DNA of 64,000 nucleotides from Opitutaceae bacterium (GCA_051252375.1 JBPOFY010000001.1:448001-512000), one strand, 5' to 3'; positions 30,801 to 37,422 are shown, counted from the stretch's first letter. Notes: generated by a model from the sequence alone, not told the origin. Numbers and translations: made by a program.

Positions 30801-31948
30801 TCATCGACTACATCGAATGGGCCGGCGACAACAGCGTTGGTGATCTCGACTTCACCCTCAGCCTCGACGACCTGAATCTTGGTCCGGTGCTTGGTGATAG
30901 TGGTGACGCACCAGTCGTGGATGTTGTAACGATCAACATCGAACCGATCAATGACGCACCGACTCAACCGATCTTGTTCGATGATATCCTAGTTCAGGTG
31001 AATGCCTTCCCACGTGCGATATTGCTGACACCGCGTTATGCTGATGTGGATGATGTGATCGCCGACGACGAGTTAGTCTGGACGGTTGAAGCAAATACCA
31101 ATTCTGTACTGTTTAACAGTGTCACGATTGATGCCGCGAAGCAGCAGTTGGTCCTAGTCTTTGCAACCGATGCGTTTGGTGTGGCCGATATTACTATCCG
31201 TGCGACAGACCGCGGAGGTAAATTCGTAGAGGATACCTTTAAGGTGACTGTTGAAGGACCTCCAGTGATTGAGTTGGCGAATGGTCAGACCAATCCTCCT
31301 ACCGCAACGACGAACAGCCCTGTGCATGCAACTACTAAAATCTATAGCCATTCGTTCCGAGTGACGAATGAAGGCATGCTGACCGCAGAGGCTTTCATCC
31401 TTCATCTTAGTAACCTTGGAGTAGCTGGTGAGACAACTGTCATTGTCTCTGGTGAATACAGTACGGATGAGAGAGGCACGCCTACTAATTTCAATGATGA
31501 TTTCCGTTCGTCTAATGCGGTAACCTATACGTCCGTAGGTGTTGGTGAATATGCTCTGAAATATGACATCCCACTAGAGTTGGATGAATCTGTAGTGGTT
31601 CACGTGACTTATCGAGTGATCTCTGTTGCTTATCATACTGTTCAGCCCGACATCCGAGTGGAGTTAACCACATCCACACCTGAAGCAGGCTTTGGTCTGG
31701 CACTCAGTTCAATGGATACTATGACAAATGGTGAGGTCGGATTGGAATTCGTAGTTGAAGCCGGTCGTTCTTACCAGTTGGAATATACTTCTGATCTGGG
31801 GGGTGTATGGATGCCATGGGCGCTCGTGATACCAGTTAATGATTTCGACCGAACCTATGAGGTGATCGATGACGGTCTATATACCGATCCGCATCCATCG
31901 CTGGCACCAGACCGATTCTATCGCTTGGTGGATATCACTGCCCCGTAG
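18830..31948 (+). CDS. Giant (4372 aa) repetitive adhesin-like surface protein; operon gene 6
   Basis: Signal peptide ..SAHA|AA. Many cadherin/Ig-like repeats (NDAP..A.DD; VLxND; YTP..F.G.DTFTYT). Beta-helix starting GTLRQAL, then choice-of-anchor-Q-like LAYNGGAT..DQRG..DVGAYE and lamin-tail-like INEIY..DFIEFYN. C-terminal YQLEYTSDL..W..FYRLV. Confidence 0.85.
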   Translation: MNMTIPTFSSMRLRIALISILSLGLSLSAHAAAPTIDNLPATAATNDNATESNPFAGVDLDDPDGDNVTVTITVDDDRGTLTSLGVFTKSATDTYTYTGPDGTAETRLRQIDFVPVENRIPIGTTEDTTITVKIEDATDEASDTTVITVTPVDDDPTLSLGSSSGDVDDDGTIKPFNATDPEIAADPSIDELDGQTVTLTVTIDPVDGSYGPVDLGDFTTSSLANFTAGAAGVYTTSASTPAVAINRLKELVFEPEENAFTPETTEDVVISVVVTDATSNDSPTRSFTLTITSINDDPTLAALGGQIDIFDNVTTTTPFTAGTIEDDDFNAAIEVTVTVVPDNTGTMTNLGGFTSPTTGTYTFTGSPTAATTALTGLVFVPANNRISPGLDEDTTLTVTITDNIISTTPPSRTRTVNVESLNDNPVLSPAGPFAPVTMTGGSSIQPFLSITSLEDADFEITTGTGGIGGTGSADQFTATITLSPSPYGTIISDDFDGSGATYTYEGLRSDVLEAIQNVQYQAPGVTATFTISVSVEDDYSGTSTAVSASANVTQPNPGITGLITSGQQLADDGSIFPFATALFNAFGGSDRIVEVSLGVDAKGAFQNLGPFIKVGSVYRMTGDSIAATDAIRGLRFVPTPNRITGASEDVALEIAVYETAGDAVPLFAAPDVVVKVFPTNDAPEIVTTNPIIRINDDNITTSPFASLSVADLDEGGAQLVVLEITLIGENPDTNVPVAGGGTLIEPTSSGYLSIGATTYPNITYTLTGTPTQVTTAMQALVFIPGDPAPAPDRWSLGQIETITFTLEVEDFIVAGTPAGGSDFDDNTKVIVTYVNGAPFIDNVPSPSQQPYPIAGSTAGSEPFKDIEVRDDDPTITFTITLDDEDKGTLTNLGGFSDSGGGVYTMTGTPANIQTDLQALVYVVGTVSPPTTFTLSATDPAPASNNRTIDFEVFIREQNISHIVTVATDNASGDAVIPGTLRQALSLAGINDSIVFEFAVEDYPVVIHLQQPLTVGTSVSIIGSGVDQLTISGDSDQDGSGDVSLFIVDENVEFTIEQITLADGLAASYGGAITANPNSSLTARYCSFENNSAGQYGGAIDVNQGQLLVEGCLFIDNSVLGSGAAAGGAISVYTNTASIIRNSTFVGNVQGNSGGGGGASIYAQNSIPDTEFNLLVEHCTFSANVDAAASGSAILSSFPNTVVQVRNNIFSEPAGLAGNVLDEVGSGDFESLGGNIATDGTLTAYTQGGTTQNTAILDATIDSLSEPLADLKLLPLAYNGGATLTMALDAGSSAIDTAIAVVPVSDGPGIDQRGVWRDATPDVGAYEVGTYTRVNINEIYVQGDATEDFIEFYNPRDSESLDLAGLELWIDGALIDTFTTNVMSKGSGYVWPYLPTATLAEKALATTFDLNEEKGLIELRNSDGQVLLSVSYIGEFSLSGTDVDNDDESITRYPTFEGGFIPHQRAVTRVGSPAQDTSPGNDITGLPLNGGNAPPIAVVDTDESGDPAYSILATDTLNIDVLANDVEFDLADTLKITEVMVVSSSDVVNQELFAINASGAITLADLPTPGTPPVGGIDTTYDAVDISVTIATDELSIDYDPTASDLIIGLAEGESITDIWAYTIADFDSSDVQLSRGLTTPDQETNIEKATSYFTVTVTGVNEAPEADPDSASTTENQAIRLLADEDLLSNPSFAFGDLAADFMDYNASGVLVPLLPPFPTIALLANDDDVDSDDDKTTLLLVSVHPTAVSEPTEQIYTEKGALVTLDLRTNREETSIIYDPRPSTDLNKLSAGEVATDCFYYTILDMHGEDSIAKVTLTITGVNDAPTATADTGFCTDEDSTLDIDGADLLENDYDTDVNGLAGDDVPFISQVDALSAGGATITFNGTDIFYDPVTMDTFKELSRNEFIFDTFTYTLEDPTGATSVATVTVKVEGRNDAPVASNDLLEIFENEATLVEAVDGLLFNDVEVDVNSSPPDDDPWVIPQREVTTPLGAALNIFADGSFTYNANSAAIDSLIQGEVVAETFPYIVTDNSRTRAVDDSFTVEANQTDIALPVLVNDAVVGSAPIAIVSYGEDSSDSNNTIIESADHSLRDGLLVLVKGYTGTASYNGVFPITSIDADHFSIPVAFDSGASTTSGTWQPWFEITAVGPTDQAGAITILDGQTILYTPASNFYGTETFTYTIEDGVGGQDVGAVSVLNIIFTENGAIRANADAYSVGIDVVDFPVDVLANDGTLPALGSDFTITEVSPASSGLEIVAGGQSLTYSAPSAPTTEVFTYTVSGGGTSTAQATVTFTVEDLTGLLGGNEDNYFVVEGSSDVVLSVLGNDATLPGAPTSLTLVDVQYPGTGSAIRSGNTIIYSTPPSPYRSVDTFTYTSINSVGATTLTTVNVNVVEDTQEFHATDDKYTVVAGSSMILLPVLSNDGTVQNESATVAVSALGLDLVAPADRNRVNIADGNVFIEYTPPATPTIVPEMFNYEISIGTIERREATITIDVIDRADIAPIAVDDFYDVERDSGPHTLAVLSNDLPYADAGWVRTVKSPSTPANGTVAIVGETSVSYTPADGFFGLDTFTYVVEDAYGQTDTGTVTVQVGGLVTSPDSYVVLENSLDNPFPVLLNDDWLNRYAADYTVVAFDPSAALIEASDTDAVGTISIDGTEPNNQLLYTPEPDFVGVEYFTYTVVDENGGTLTGIVTVEVISEESDRGFADLRVEITGVNDSPVLGGTEDDSITDKETTFPFDTVTLSDVDFGGNQLQTVTVEFDPSLGAITFSSAVPAFVLQSPGVYQVVGTPAQVVAALRSIEFTPTENIRPPVYYDAVFTLTITDGYIATPIVDLTTVTILAINDAPTGVDDAYSTEETQAIRLLADTTLLPPVVFDFGDLASNFKDLDAMGVEQTYLPELQNVNLLANDDDVDIDDDNTTIEIVNVHTTATRVNQITATSALGASVVLDIRAVRAETSILYDPRGSAILNALAAGETIVDTFYYTVVDQHGAEDQALVSITVTGVNDAPTANGEGGFELNEDGSITLDGSLILSNDTDPDKDGNSPNDAPIILSVPPKSIAGATLTLTAGGDIIYNPDDMEEFESLARNEFLEDSFTYTISDEMGGTSQAVIELLVEGINDAPVAGDDALAILENDTQTRDRATGLISNDSDVDMGIIFNTGDPNDDPWIIPQREQTSPLGAAFFIETDGSYSYDANSRAIDSLFENEIAVETFPYVIIDNSRLSAAQDSFKVLTDSIQVVLPVLSNDDVAGSVPVAIDGFTEDFADAQRVIVESFEHPLREGMLVKIQGYAGDGDYDGVYPISVIDRDHFSVAAPYVAGANTSLGTWRPWFEVTAVTEADKDGVLEISEDGQSILYTPLAAFYGTEQFEYTIMDGVGGQDVAIVELTVLQAPLNTVLSASDDRFQIGMGESSVEVDVLANDNVLPALGSDFSITAVSVGSAGGTLLINGTDDAVIYSPNNINFVGSETFTYDVSGGGSTSAQATVTFEVIDRQGNLRAAPDAFFVIADSTNNLLDVAANDTTLPSFPVSFEVVETSTPGSGVASVVGGQVSYTPNASFTGIDTFTYTIRDASGSNVTETVTVEVVSDVDDFYARNDHYIVVAGSGNYNLDVLINDGTSGAAVSDLIIEDLGLDTQAPPDITRIDHTGAVVTYTAPASATTEVFTYEILNGFGTDPRREGTITIVVVDNLPTPTNPLDDAYHVAKNSGPHTLDVLLNDIPMPAAGWSWTITSVGGTDQGGVAVNDGGTAITYTPDDGFYGVESFTYTIVDAFGDSASATVTVTVGSQLTEPDFYTVLENSTGNDFPVLVNDDILERFSADYTISQVGTPDQGGSVVIDGSGPDNQLLYAPAANFVGEESFTYTVIDNTGAEVTETVTVLVIDEIGDRDFANFVVTLTGINDITQIGSAPDGSTTDKLSVSPFPTITISDLDEDDLQDQITVLTFDSSLGSIVATGFSQTGPGAYTMTGTPAEVQAALRAIVFTPFENVIDYIEWAGDNSVGDLDFTLSLDDLNLGPVLGDSGDAPVVDVVTINIEPINDAPTQPILFDDILVQVNAFPRAILLTPRYADVDDVIADDELVWTVEANTNSVLFNSVTIDAAKQQLVLVFATDAFGVADITIRATDRGGKFVEDTFKVTVEGPPVIELANGQTNPPTATTNSPVHATTKIYSHSFRVTNEGMLTAEAFILHLSNLGVAGETTVIVSGEYSTDERGTPTNFNDDFRSSNAVTYTSVGVGEYALKYDIPLELDESVVVHVTYRVISVAYHTVQPDIRVELTTSTPEAGFGLALSSMDTMTNGEVGLEFVVEAGRSYQLEYTSDLGGVWMPWALVIPVNDFDRTYEVIDDGLYTDPHPSLAPDRFYRLVDITAP
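23807..30947 (+). repeat. Diverged intragenic tandem duplication (two ~3.55-3.6-kb units) in the giant adhesin
   Basis: Unit 1 begins VNEAP..STTENQAIRLLAD (~23807) and unit 2 begins INDAP..STEETQAIRLLAD (~27362). Collinear shared motifs include DDPW.IPQRE..PLGA, DGVGGQDV, LPALGSDF, SGPHTL.VL.ND and VLENS..N.FPVL.NDD. Confidence 0.9.
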
Positions 31949-31968
31949 TTTCGAAAATCGCCTTAATC

Positions 31969-32004
31969 AGCTGGTGTCGACTCTGTGTCGGCACCAGCTT
32001 TTTT
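31969..32004 (+). terminator. Intrinsic terminator ending the 29-kb operon
   Basis: AGCTGGTGTCGAC-tctgt-GTCGGCACCAGCT stem (one G-U pair) followed by a T-run, 20 bp after the stop codon. Confidence 0.85.
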
Positions 32005-32006
32005 GT

Positions 32007-33701
32007 TTAACTGGACGACGGCAGCCAGAAGCGAAACGCGCTGCCTTTAGTCGAAGACTCAATGAGTGTAATGTCGCCTCGGTGGCTACGGAGAATGCGT
32101 TTGCTGATGGACAGCCCGAGGCCGGTCCCCCCTGGTCGATTAGTGAGAAATGATTCGAAGATGTCCGCTTGTATCGCTTTAGGAATTCCAGGACCGTTGT
32201 CGCGGATGATAAATTCGATTTGTTGTTCCACTTGCCGGACCTCCAGGTCAATGCGACCTCCCTCGGGCATGACCTGTGTCGCGTTGAGTATCAGGTTCAA
32301 AATGACTTGTTGGATTTGACCCTTATTGACCTCTACGTAGAGCGCGGTTGTGTCTGGCGTGAATTCAATTTCAATTTTTTGCTGGTAGAGCTTTAGGCGA
32401 ACCAAGCGTAAGGTCTCCTGCACCAAACGGGTCAAGTCGCAGCGTGCGTGTAAGCCTTCGCGGTTGCGTCCGAAGCTGAGCACGCGCTCGACAATATCTT
32501 CGAGTTGGTTGAGCTTTTCTCCGATAATGGAGACGTCTTTTTGGCGCTCATCGTCGGCATTGAACTGCAAGTCGAGTGACTCAAAGAGGAGCTTGATCAC
32601 TGTCAGTGGATTGCGGATTTCATGAGCGATTTCAGCTGCGAGCATGCCAAGTGTCGTCAACTTCTCATTGCGGCGTAGTGACTCCTCGCTGGTGAAGACA
32701 CGCGCATACAGGCGGGCGTTTTGAATGGCGATGGCGCCAAGCCCCGCAAGTGTCGCGAAGACTTTTTTCTCGTCGTTATTAAAGCGGTGCGTGCGGCTTG
32801 TATAGGCATTGAGCACGCCAATCACTTCATCTCCAAAAATGATCGGAGTGGAGAGCATAGATACGAGACCTTCTTGCTGTATGATGTGAATAAAGTCGTT
32901 TTCCTCTGTGAAGGCCAAATCGTTGACCTCGACTTGTTTCATTCGGAGAATCGCGGCACCAACTGCACTGCCGCCAATTGGAAGGGAATGTTCGCCTTCC
33001 ACCATCCCATCGCGCGAGACCATGGCTTGCAGTTGCAGCGATTGCTTGTCGGGAGCCAGCAAGAATAAGGCGCAACTTTGGCAGTCGAGCAGTTGGCGAC
33101 CATCTCTGGCGAGTCCTTCGTAGATCTCACTATTATCCAACTCTCCGACCAGACGTTGCCCGAGGCTGACGAGTGATTCCAGTTGGTTGGCCTTGGTGCG
33201 TAGCTGCTTGATCAGCCATAATCTCGCCACCACGCGGGAGGCTTCATTGGTGAGTAGTGTTAAGATTTTATGCGCGCTCTCGTCGAAGGCATCGATCGTC
33301 TCGCTGTCCACATTGACGACACCGATAATCATGCCGCGATCTTCCATGGGCACTGCCATTTCAGAGCGAATATCAGGGCGCAGACTGATGTATCGGGGCT
33401 CTTCTCTGACGTCGGGCACAATAATGGAGCGGCCGTGAAGGGCGGCCCACCCAGTGACGCCTTGCCCGAGTGCGAGTGCGACATCGTTGAAATCGTCAGG
33501 TAGTCCATGTGACACCTCAAGCTCTAGGTGTTTCGTATCTGGATTTATCAGCGAAATGGACGCGCTATTGGGCTGTAGCACCGCAACGATTTCTTGCAGG
33601 ATGTATTCCAGCGCGACTTTAGGTTCGTCGGTATTCGATACGAGGCTACTGATTCGATAGAGCGAATCGATCGCGGTGGCCTCTGTATCCCGTATATCCA
33701 T
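32007..33701 (-). CDS. Cytoplasmic sensor histidine kinase (GAF-GAF-HisKA-HATPase)
   Basis: Two GAF domains; H-box IAHEIRNPL; N-box QVILNLILNA; DNGPGI, F and GTGLGL boxes; no TM segment. Confidence 0.92.
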   Translation of the reverse strand: MDIRDTEATAIDSLYRISSLVSNTDEPKVALEYILQEIVAVLQPNSASISLINPDTKHLELEVSHGLPDDFNDVALALGQGVTGWAALHGRSIIVPDVREEPRYISLRPDIRSEMAVPMEDRGMIIGVVNVDSETIDAFDESAHKILTLLTNEASRVVARLWLIKQLRTKANQLESLVSLGQRLVGELDNSEIYEGLARDGRQLLDCQSCALFLLAPDKQSLQLQAMVSRDGMVEGEHSLPIGGSAVGAAILRMKQVEVNDLAFTEENDFIHIIQQEGLVSMLSTPIIFGDEVIGVLNAYTSRTHRFNNDEKKVFATLAGLGAIAIQNARLYARVFTSEESLRRNEKLTTLGMLAAEIAHEIRNPLTVIKLLFESLDLQFNADDERQKDVSIIGEKLNQLEDIVERVLSFGRNREGLHARCDLTRLVQETLRLVRLKLYQQKIEIEFTPDTTALYVEVNKGQIQQVILNLILNATQVMPEGGRIDLEVRQVEQQIEFIIRDNGPGIPKAIQADIFESFLTNRPGGTGLGLSISKRILRSHRGDITLIESSTKGSAFRFWLPSSS

Positions 33702-33785
33702 TTCGCAATGATAATGATATGGTCAAGCGTTTGGTCGACCCAATTATCCGCGAAGAAGTGACCCGGTATCCGCTTGTTGGTGCAA

Positions 33786-36578
33786 TTAACTACGGACGAG
33801 CGCATCGAGCTCTTCGCGCAGTGCAAGCAAGTTGGTCGTGGCGCTGTTATTGTCTTTCTCGCTGATGTTCTCGATATAGAAAGTATCCATGGCGACGCCA
33901 CGTTCGGTGGCAACTCGGGCGAAGCTGATGTCGAAGCCTTTATTGGAGATGATGCGAGCGAGTTGATAAAGCAGACCGATACGGTCACTCGCTTGCACTT
34001 CAATAATCGTGCGCTTAAGCGAAAGTTCGTGGTAAACGTCGACGCTTGGCGGGAAGGGCGCTGGTAGCATATCCTTGGTCTTGGACTTGGCGTTTTGGCG
34101 AGCTTCAAGCTCGTTGATCGCGGGCAACGGGTCTTGGCCTTTGATCAAAGCCTCTTCGAGACGTGCTTGGAAAATTTCTCGCGCCTTTGGGTTCGAGACG
34201 GTGCCACCGTCAGGGTCCATAACGTAGAAGGTGTCGATAGTGATGTGGTCACTTCGGGAGATAGCCTTTGTGCTCACGATATTGACCCCTGCCAGTGAAA
34301 AGGCTCCGGCCAATTTATAGAAAAGTCCCGCGCGGTCCCAAGTGACGACGTTGACGACAGTCATGCTGAGGTCGATATCATCGCGCCAATCAACCGTAGG
34401 CGCGAGTGCGCCAACCGACTCGGCTGATTGAATTTGCCCGAGCAACTGGTTGACCATGCGTAGGTGTAGTTCGATTTCATCTGAGTGGGTGTTGATGAAA
34501 TAACGTTCGGGCAAGAGACTGAAGTGTGCTTCGATCTCTTCTTCGGAGACGCCTTCGATGGCGATGTCTTTAATTTTTTGGTGTAACATGGCGATTTGTT
34601 CTTTGCGTCGCTGATCACTTACATCTCTGTTTTCGAATTGTTCCACCGTGCGCGCATAGAGAGTCCGATGCATGGCATCTTTATAGCTATTCCATAGCGT
34701 GGGGGCTGTGCCGCGGGCGTCGCAGTAGGTGTGAACATAGAGGAAACGTAGTTTGTCAGGATCTTCGATAAATTCAGCGAATGATTGCGCTGTTTGAGGG
34801 TCATCGAGATCAAACCGTTGCCAGAATCGTGCCATTTCTAAATGTCCGCGGATAATAAACAGAATTTGTTTCTGTTGTTCGGGCGCGATATCGAAGCGGT
34901 CGAGGATCGGTTGCGCAATGCGGACTCCGCTAACCGCATGACCTTTAACGCCTTCGGCTTTTCCGATGTCATGTAGTAAGAGGATCAAATAGAGGAGTAG
35001 AGGATCATCGTTTTTGCGTAGCTCACGCTCATAGCGTGCGTATTCGTCATCGTATTTGATAAAGACACGGTCGAGATGTCGAATCGTGCGCAGGACGTGG
35101 GCGTCGGCGGTATAGCGGTGGTAGTATTCGTGCTGCACCATACAGGTGAGTTTGCCGAACTCGGGGAGGTAGCGGCCCAAGACCCCCATCTCGTGCATCA
35201 TCATCAGGATGGGATATACTTCGCCAGGGCTGCGTAGAATGGAGCAGAATGTTTTTGCTGCAGATCGACTGTTAATCACCTTGTAGTCGATTAAGAGGAT
35301 CGAGCGGGAAATTAGATATTTTAGGTCGGGGTCGAGGCGTGCACCAAATTGCTGTAGAAGTCGAAAAACCCGAAGTAATCGAACTGGGTCTTCTTTGAAG
35401 ACATCAACGTTTTCTACTGAGATGACTTTTTCTGTGAGGGTGAAGCCATCAATTTTTCGGATAGGGAGGTGTTGGCGCGAGCGGAGTGCCTCTCGAAATG
35501 AGATACGATTTGATTTGCCCGGCGAGGAGGCGAGGGCCAGTCGCTCTTTTAGCATCTCACTGGTATGATAAATCGTTCGAGCAGCAGTGTAGTAGTCTTT
35601 CATGAACGCTTCTACGCGCTCAAAGACATCTTTTTGCGGGTAATTTAAGAATTCCGCGATGACTGGCTGTTGTTCTAGGTCGAGCTTGTCGGTGGGACGA
35701 CGATTTTGAAAATGCAACTCGGTGCGGGTGCGCAGGAGAAAGTCATAGGCGGCGCGCATATCTTGTCGCTCGTCTGGGCGCAGTAGCTTGGCTTTGACTA
35801 GTTCGCCGAACGAGCGATAGCCAAACTTGATATGCGACATCCAGAGAATGTTTTGAAAGTCGCGCAGTCCGCCAACACCGTTTTTGATATCCGGCTCTTG
35901 CAGGTAGATGGTATTGCCTGCTTTGGCGTGGCGCTGGCTTTCGTCTTCGAGGCGTTGTAGAATATAGTCGCGTGAATTTTCCTTCTTACAGAAGTCGGAA
36001 AATTGTTTATACATTTTTTTGAATACAGGCTCTGAGCCGCAAATGATGCGCGATTCGAGGATGGCGTTCTTCGATTGCACCTCATTTCGAGCCTCACTGA
36101 TGGCTTCCTTGGGGTTGCGCGAAGCATGGCCAACTTTTAGACCTAAGTCCCAGAGCGGATAGAGTATCTCTTCGGTTAAGACTTCTTGGAATTTATCAAA
36201 ATTCTTCCCCGTGATTTTATCCGGGTAGAGAAACATGAGATCGATGTCACTGTGGGGGTTGAGCTCTCGTCTGCCGTAGCCCCCTGTCGCTAAAACGGCC
36301 ATTTTACAGGGCAGGGCTCCATATTTTGTGCCATATAGGTCGAGTGCGGCGATGAAGAGATTTTCGATGATGACATCGATCATGGCGGCACGAGCCTGAC
36401 AGTTTTTCATCCCAGAACTGCCCTTGCGATGATTTCGCATGAGCATAGTGTTCTCTAGCTCCATAAACCGCTTATAGGCAGGCAGTTGCTTGCTCCTTGA
36501 TTCACCCGGGTCAAATACTAGGCGTTTTTGGGCGTGAGTCCGAAGGCGGCGAAAGAGCGGGTTTTCTTGTATAGGCAT
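33786..36578 (-). CDS. glnD: [Protein-PII] uridylyltransferase/uridylyl-removing enzyme
   Basis: ATGGYGRRELNPHSDIDL NTase motif; EPDIKNGVGGLRD; YHRYTADAH; LLHDIGK HD domain; two C-terminal ACT domains. Start placed at ATG 36578. Confidence 0.95.
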   Translation of the reverse strand: MPIQENPLFRRLRTHAQKRLVFDPGESRSKQLPAYKRFMELENTMLMRNHRKGSSGMKNCQARAAMIDVIIENLFIAALDLYGTKYGALPCKMAVLATGGYGRRELNPHSDIDLMFLYPDKITGKNFDKFQEVLTEEILYPLWDLGLKVGHASRNPKEAISEARNEVQSKNAILESRIICGSEPVFKKMYKQFSDFCKKENSRDYILQRLEDESQRHAKAGNTIYLQEPDIKNGVGGLRDFQNILWMSHIKFGYRSFGELVKAKLLRPDERQDMRAAYDFLLRTRTELHFQNRRPTDKLDLEQQPVIAEFLNYPQKDVFERVEAFMKDYYTAARTIYHTSEMLKERLALASSPGKSNRISFREALRSRQHLPIRKIDGFTLTEKVISVENVDVFKEDPVRLLRVFRLLQQFGARLDPDLKYLISRSILLIDYKVINSRSAAKTFCSILRSPGEVYPILMMMHEMGVLGRYLPEFGKLTCMVQHEYYHRYTADAHVLRTIRHLDRVFIKYDDEYARYERELRKNDDPLLLYLILLLHDIGKAEGVKGHAVSGVRIAQPILDRFDIAPEQQKQILFIIRGHLEMARFWQRFDLDDPQTAQSFAEFIEDPDKLRFLYVHTYCDARGTAPTLWNSYKDAMHRTLYARTVEQFENRDVSDQRRKEQIAMLHQKIKDIAIEGVSEEEIEAHFSLLPERYFINTHSDEIELHLRMVNQLLGQIQSAESVGALAPTVDWRDDIDLSMTVVNVVTWDRAGLFYKLAGAFSLAGVNIVSTKAISRSDHITIDTFYVMDPDGGTVSNPKAREIFQARLEEALIKGQDPLPAINELEARQNAKSKTKDMLPAPFPPSVDVYHELSLKRTIIEVQASDRIGLLYQLARIISNKGFDISFARVATERGVAMDTFYIENISEKDNNSATTNLLALREELDALVRS

Positions 36579-36759
36579 GTGTCTGTGCGGAGCGGTCTCT
36601 AGAAACCTCGTTTTAGGCACTATCGTCAAGCGAGTTTGCGTATCAAGTCGTTCCAGCACTCGATTGTTGAAATAAATCCCTTTCTTTTTTGACGGATGGG
36701 CTGTATCTGCTACCGCTTACTATTCGTTTTATTTCCACGCAACCAACACAAATCATATT

Positions 36760-37353
36760 ATGCAAATAGCAGAAGGCACAGTAGTCTCCATGGACTACGC
36801 ACTCAAAGACGATGAAGGCACACTGATCGATCAGTCTCAACCGGGGCAGCCATTGGTCTATCTTCACGGTCATCGTAACATTATTCCCGGTCTCGAAGCA
36901 GCCCTAGAGGGTAAATCTACTGGCGAGCAAGTCGATGTGCGCGTAGATCCTGCAAATGGATATGGCGAGCCGAATCCGGCTTTAGAGCAAGTCGTGCCCA
37001 AGGATCGTTTCCAAGGCGTCGAAGACCTTCAGGTAGGCATGCAGTTCCAAGCCAATACTGACCAAGGTCCGGTTTCTGTGCGTGTGACTAAGGTCGAAGA
37101 CGACGATGTCACTGTGGATGGCAATCACCCTTTAGCGGGCAAGCACTTGAACTTTAGCGTTACCGTGCATGAAGTGCGCGCAGGCACTGAAGAAGAAATC
37201 GCTCACGGGCACATTCATCAAGGCGGCGGTTGCTGCGGCGGTGGCGGTGAAGGTGGCGAATGCTGCTCATCTGAAGGCGAATGCTCTACTGAAGGTGAAG
37301 AAGCTAAGTCCGAAGGCGAATGTCAAGACGGCGGCTGCGGTTGCTCCCACTAG
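36760..37353 (+). CDS. slyD: FKBP-type PPIase SlyD with His/Cys-rich tail
   Basis: PLVYLHGHRNIIPGLE; VDGNHPLAGKHLNF; EEIAHGHIH followed by a Cys/Gly/Glu-rich tail. Confidence 0.93.
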   Translation: MQIAEGTVVSMDYALKDDEGTLIDQSQPGQPLVYLHGHRNIIPGLEAALEGKSTGEQVDVRVDPANGYGEPNPALEQVVPKDRFQGVEDLQVGMQFQANTDQGPVSVRVTKVEDDDVTVDGNHPLAGKHLNFSVTVHEVRAGTEEEIAHGHIHQGGGCCGGGGEGGECCSSEGECSTEGEEAKSEGECQDGGCGCSH

Positions 37354-37387
37354 TGCTTTTGCTGCAATAGCAAATCGCTGAACTTTT

Positions 37388-37422
37388 AAAGGCTCCGCCG
37401 GATATCCGGCGGAGCCTTTTTT
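37388..37422 (+). terminator. Intrinsic terminator after slyD
   Basis: AAAGGCTCCGCCGGATATCCGGCGGAGCCTTT perfect palindrome followed by a T-run. Confidence 0.88.

Noticed and set aside
18830..31948. Repeats in the adhesin as a CRISPR array or DGR template/variable repeat
   Set aside because: The repeats are protein-level and diverged at all base types. There are no identical 25-45-nt repeats with spacers, and no cas or reverse transcriptase gene.
3069..31948. Operon as a prophage, contractile injection system or mobile island
   Set aside because: No sheath, tube, baseplate, VgrG, integrase, transposase, tRNA or flanking direct repeats were recognised.
37200..37353. Cys/His/Gly-rich low-complexity tail
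   Set aside because: This is the normal metal-binding tail of SlyD.
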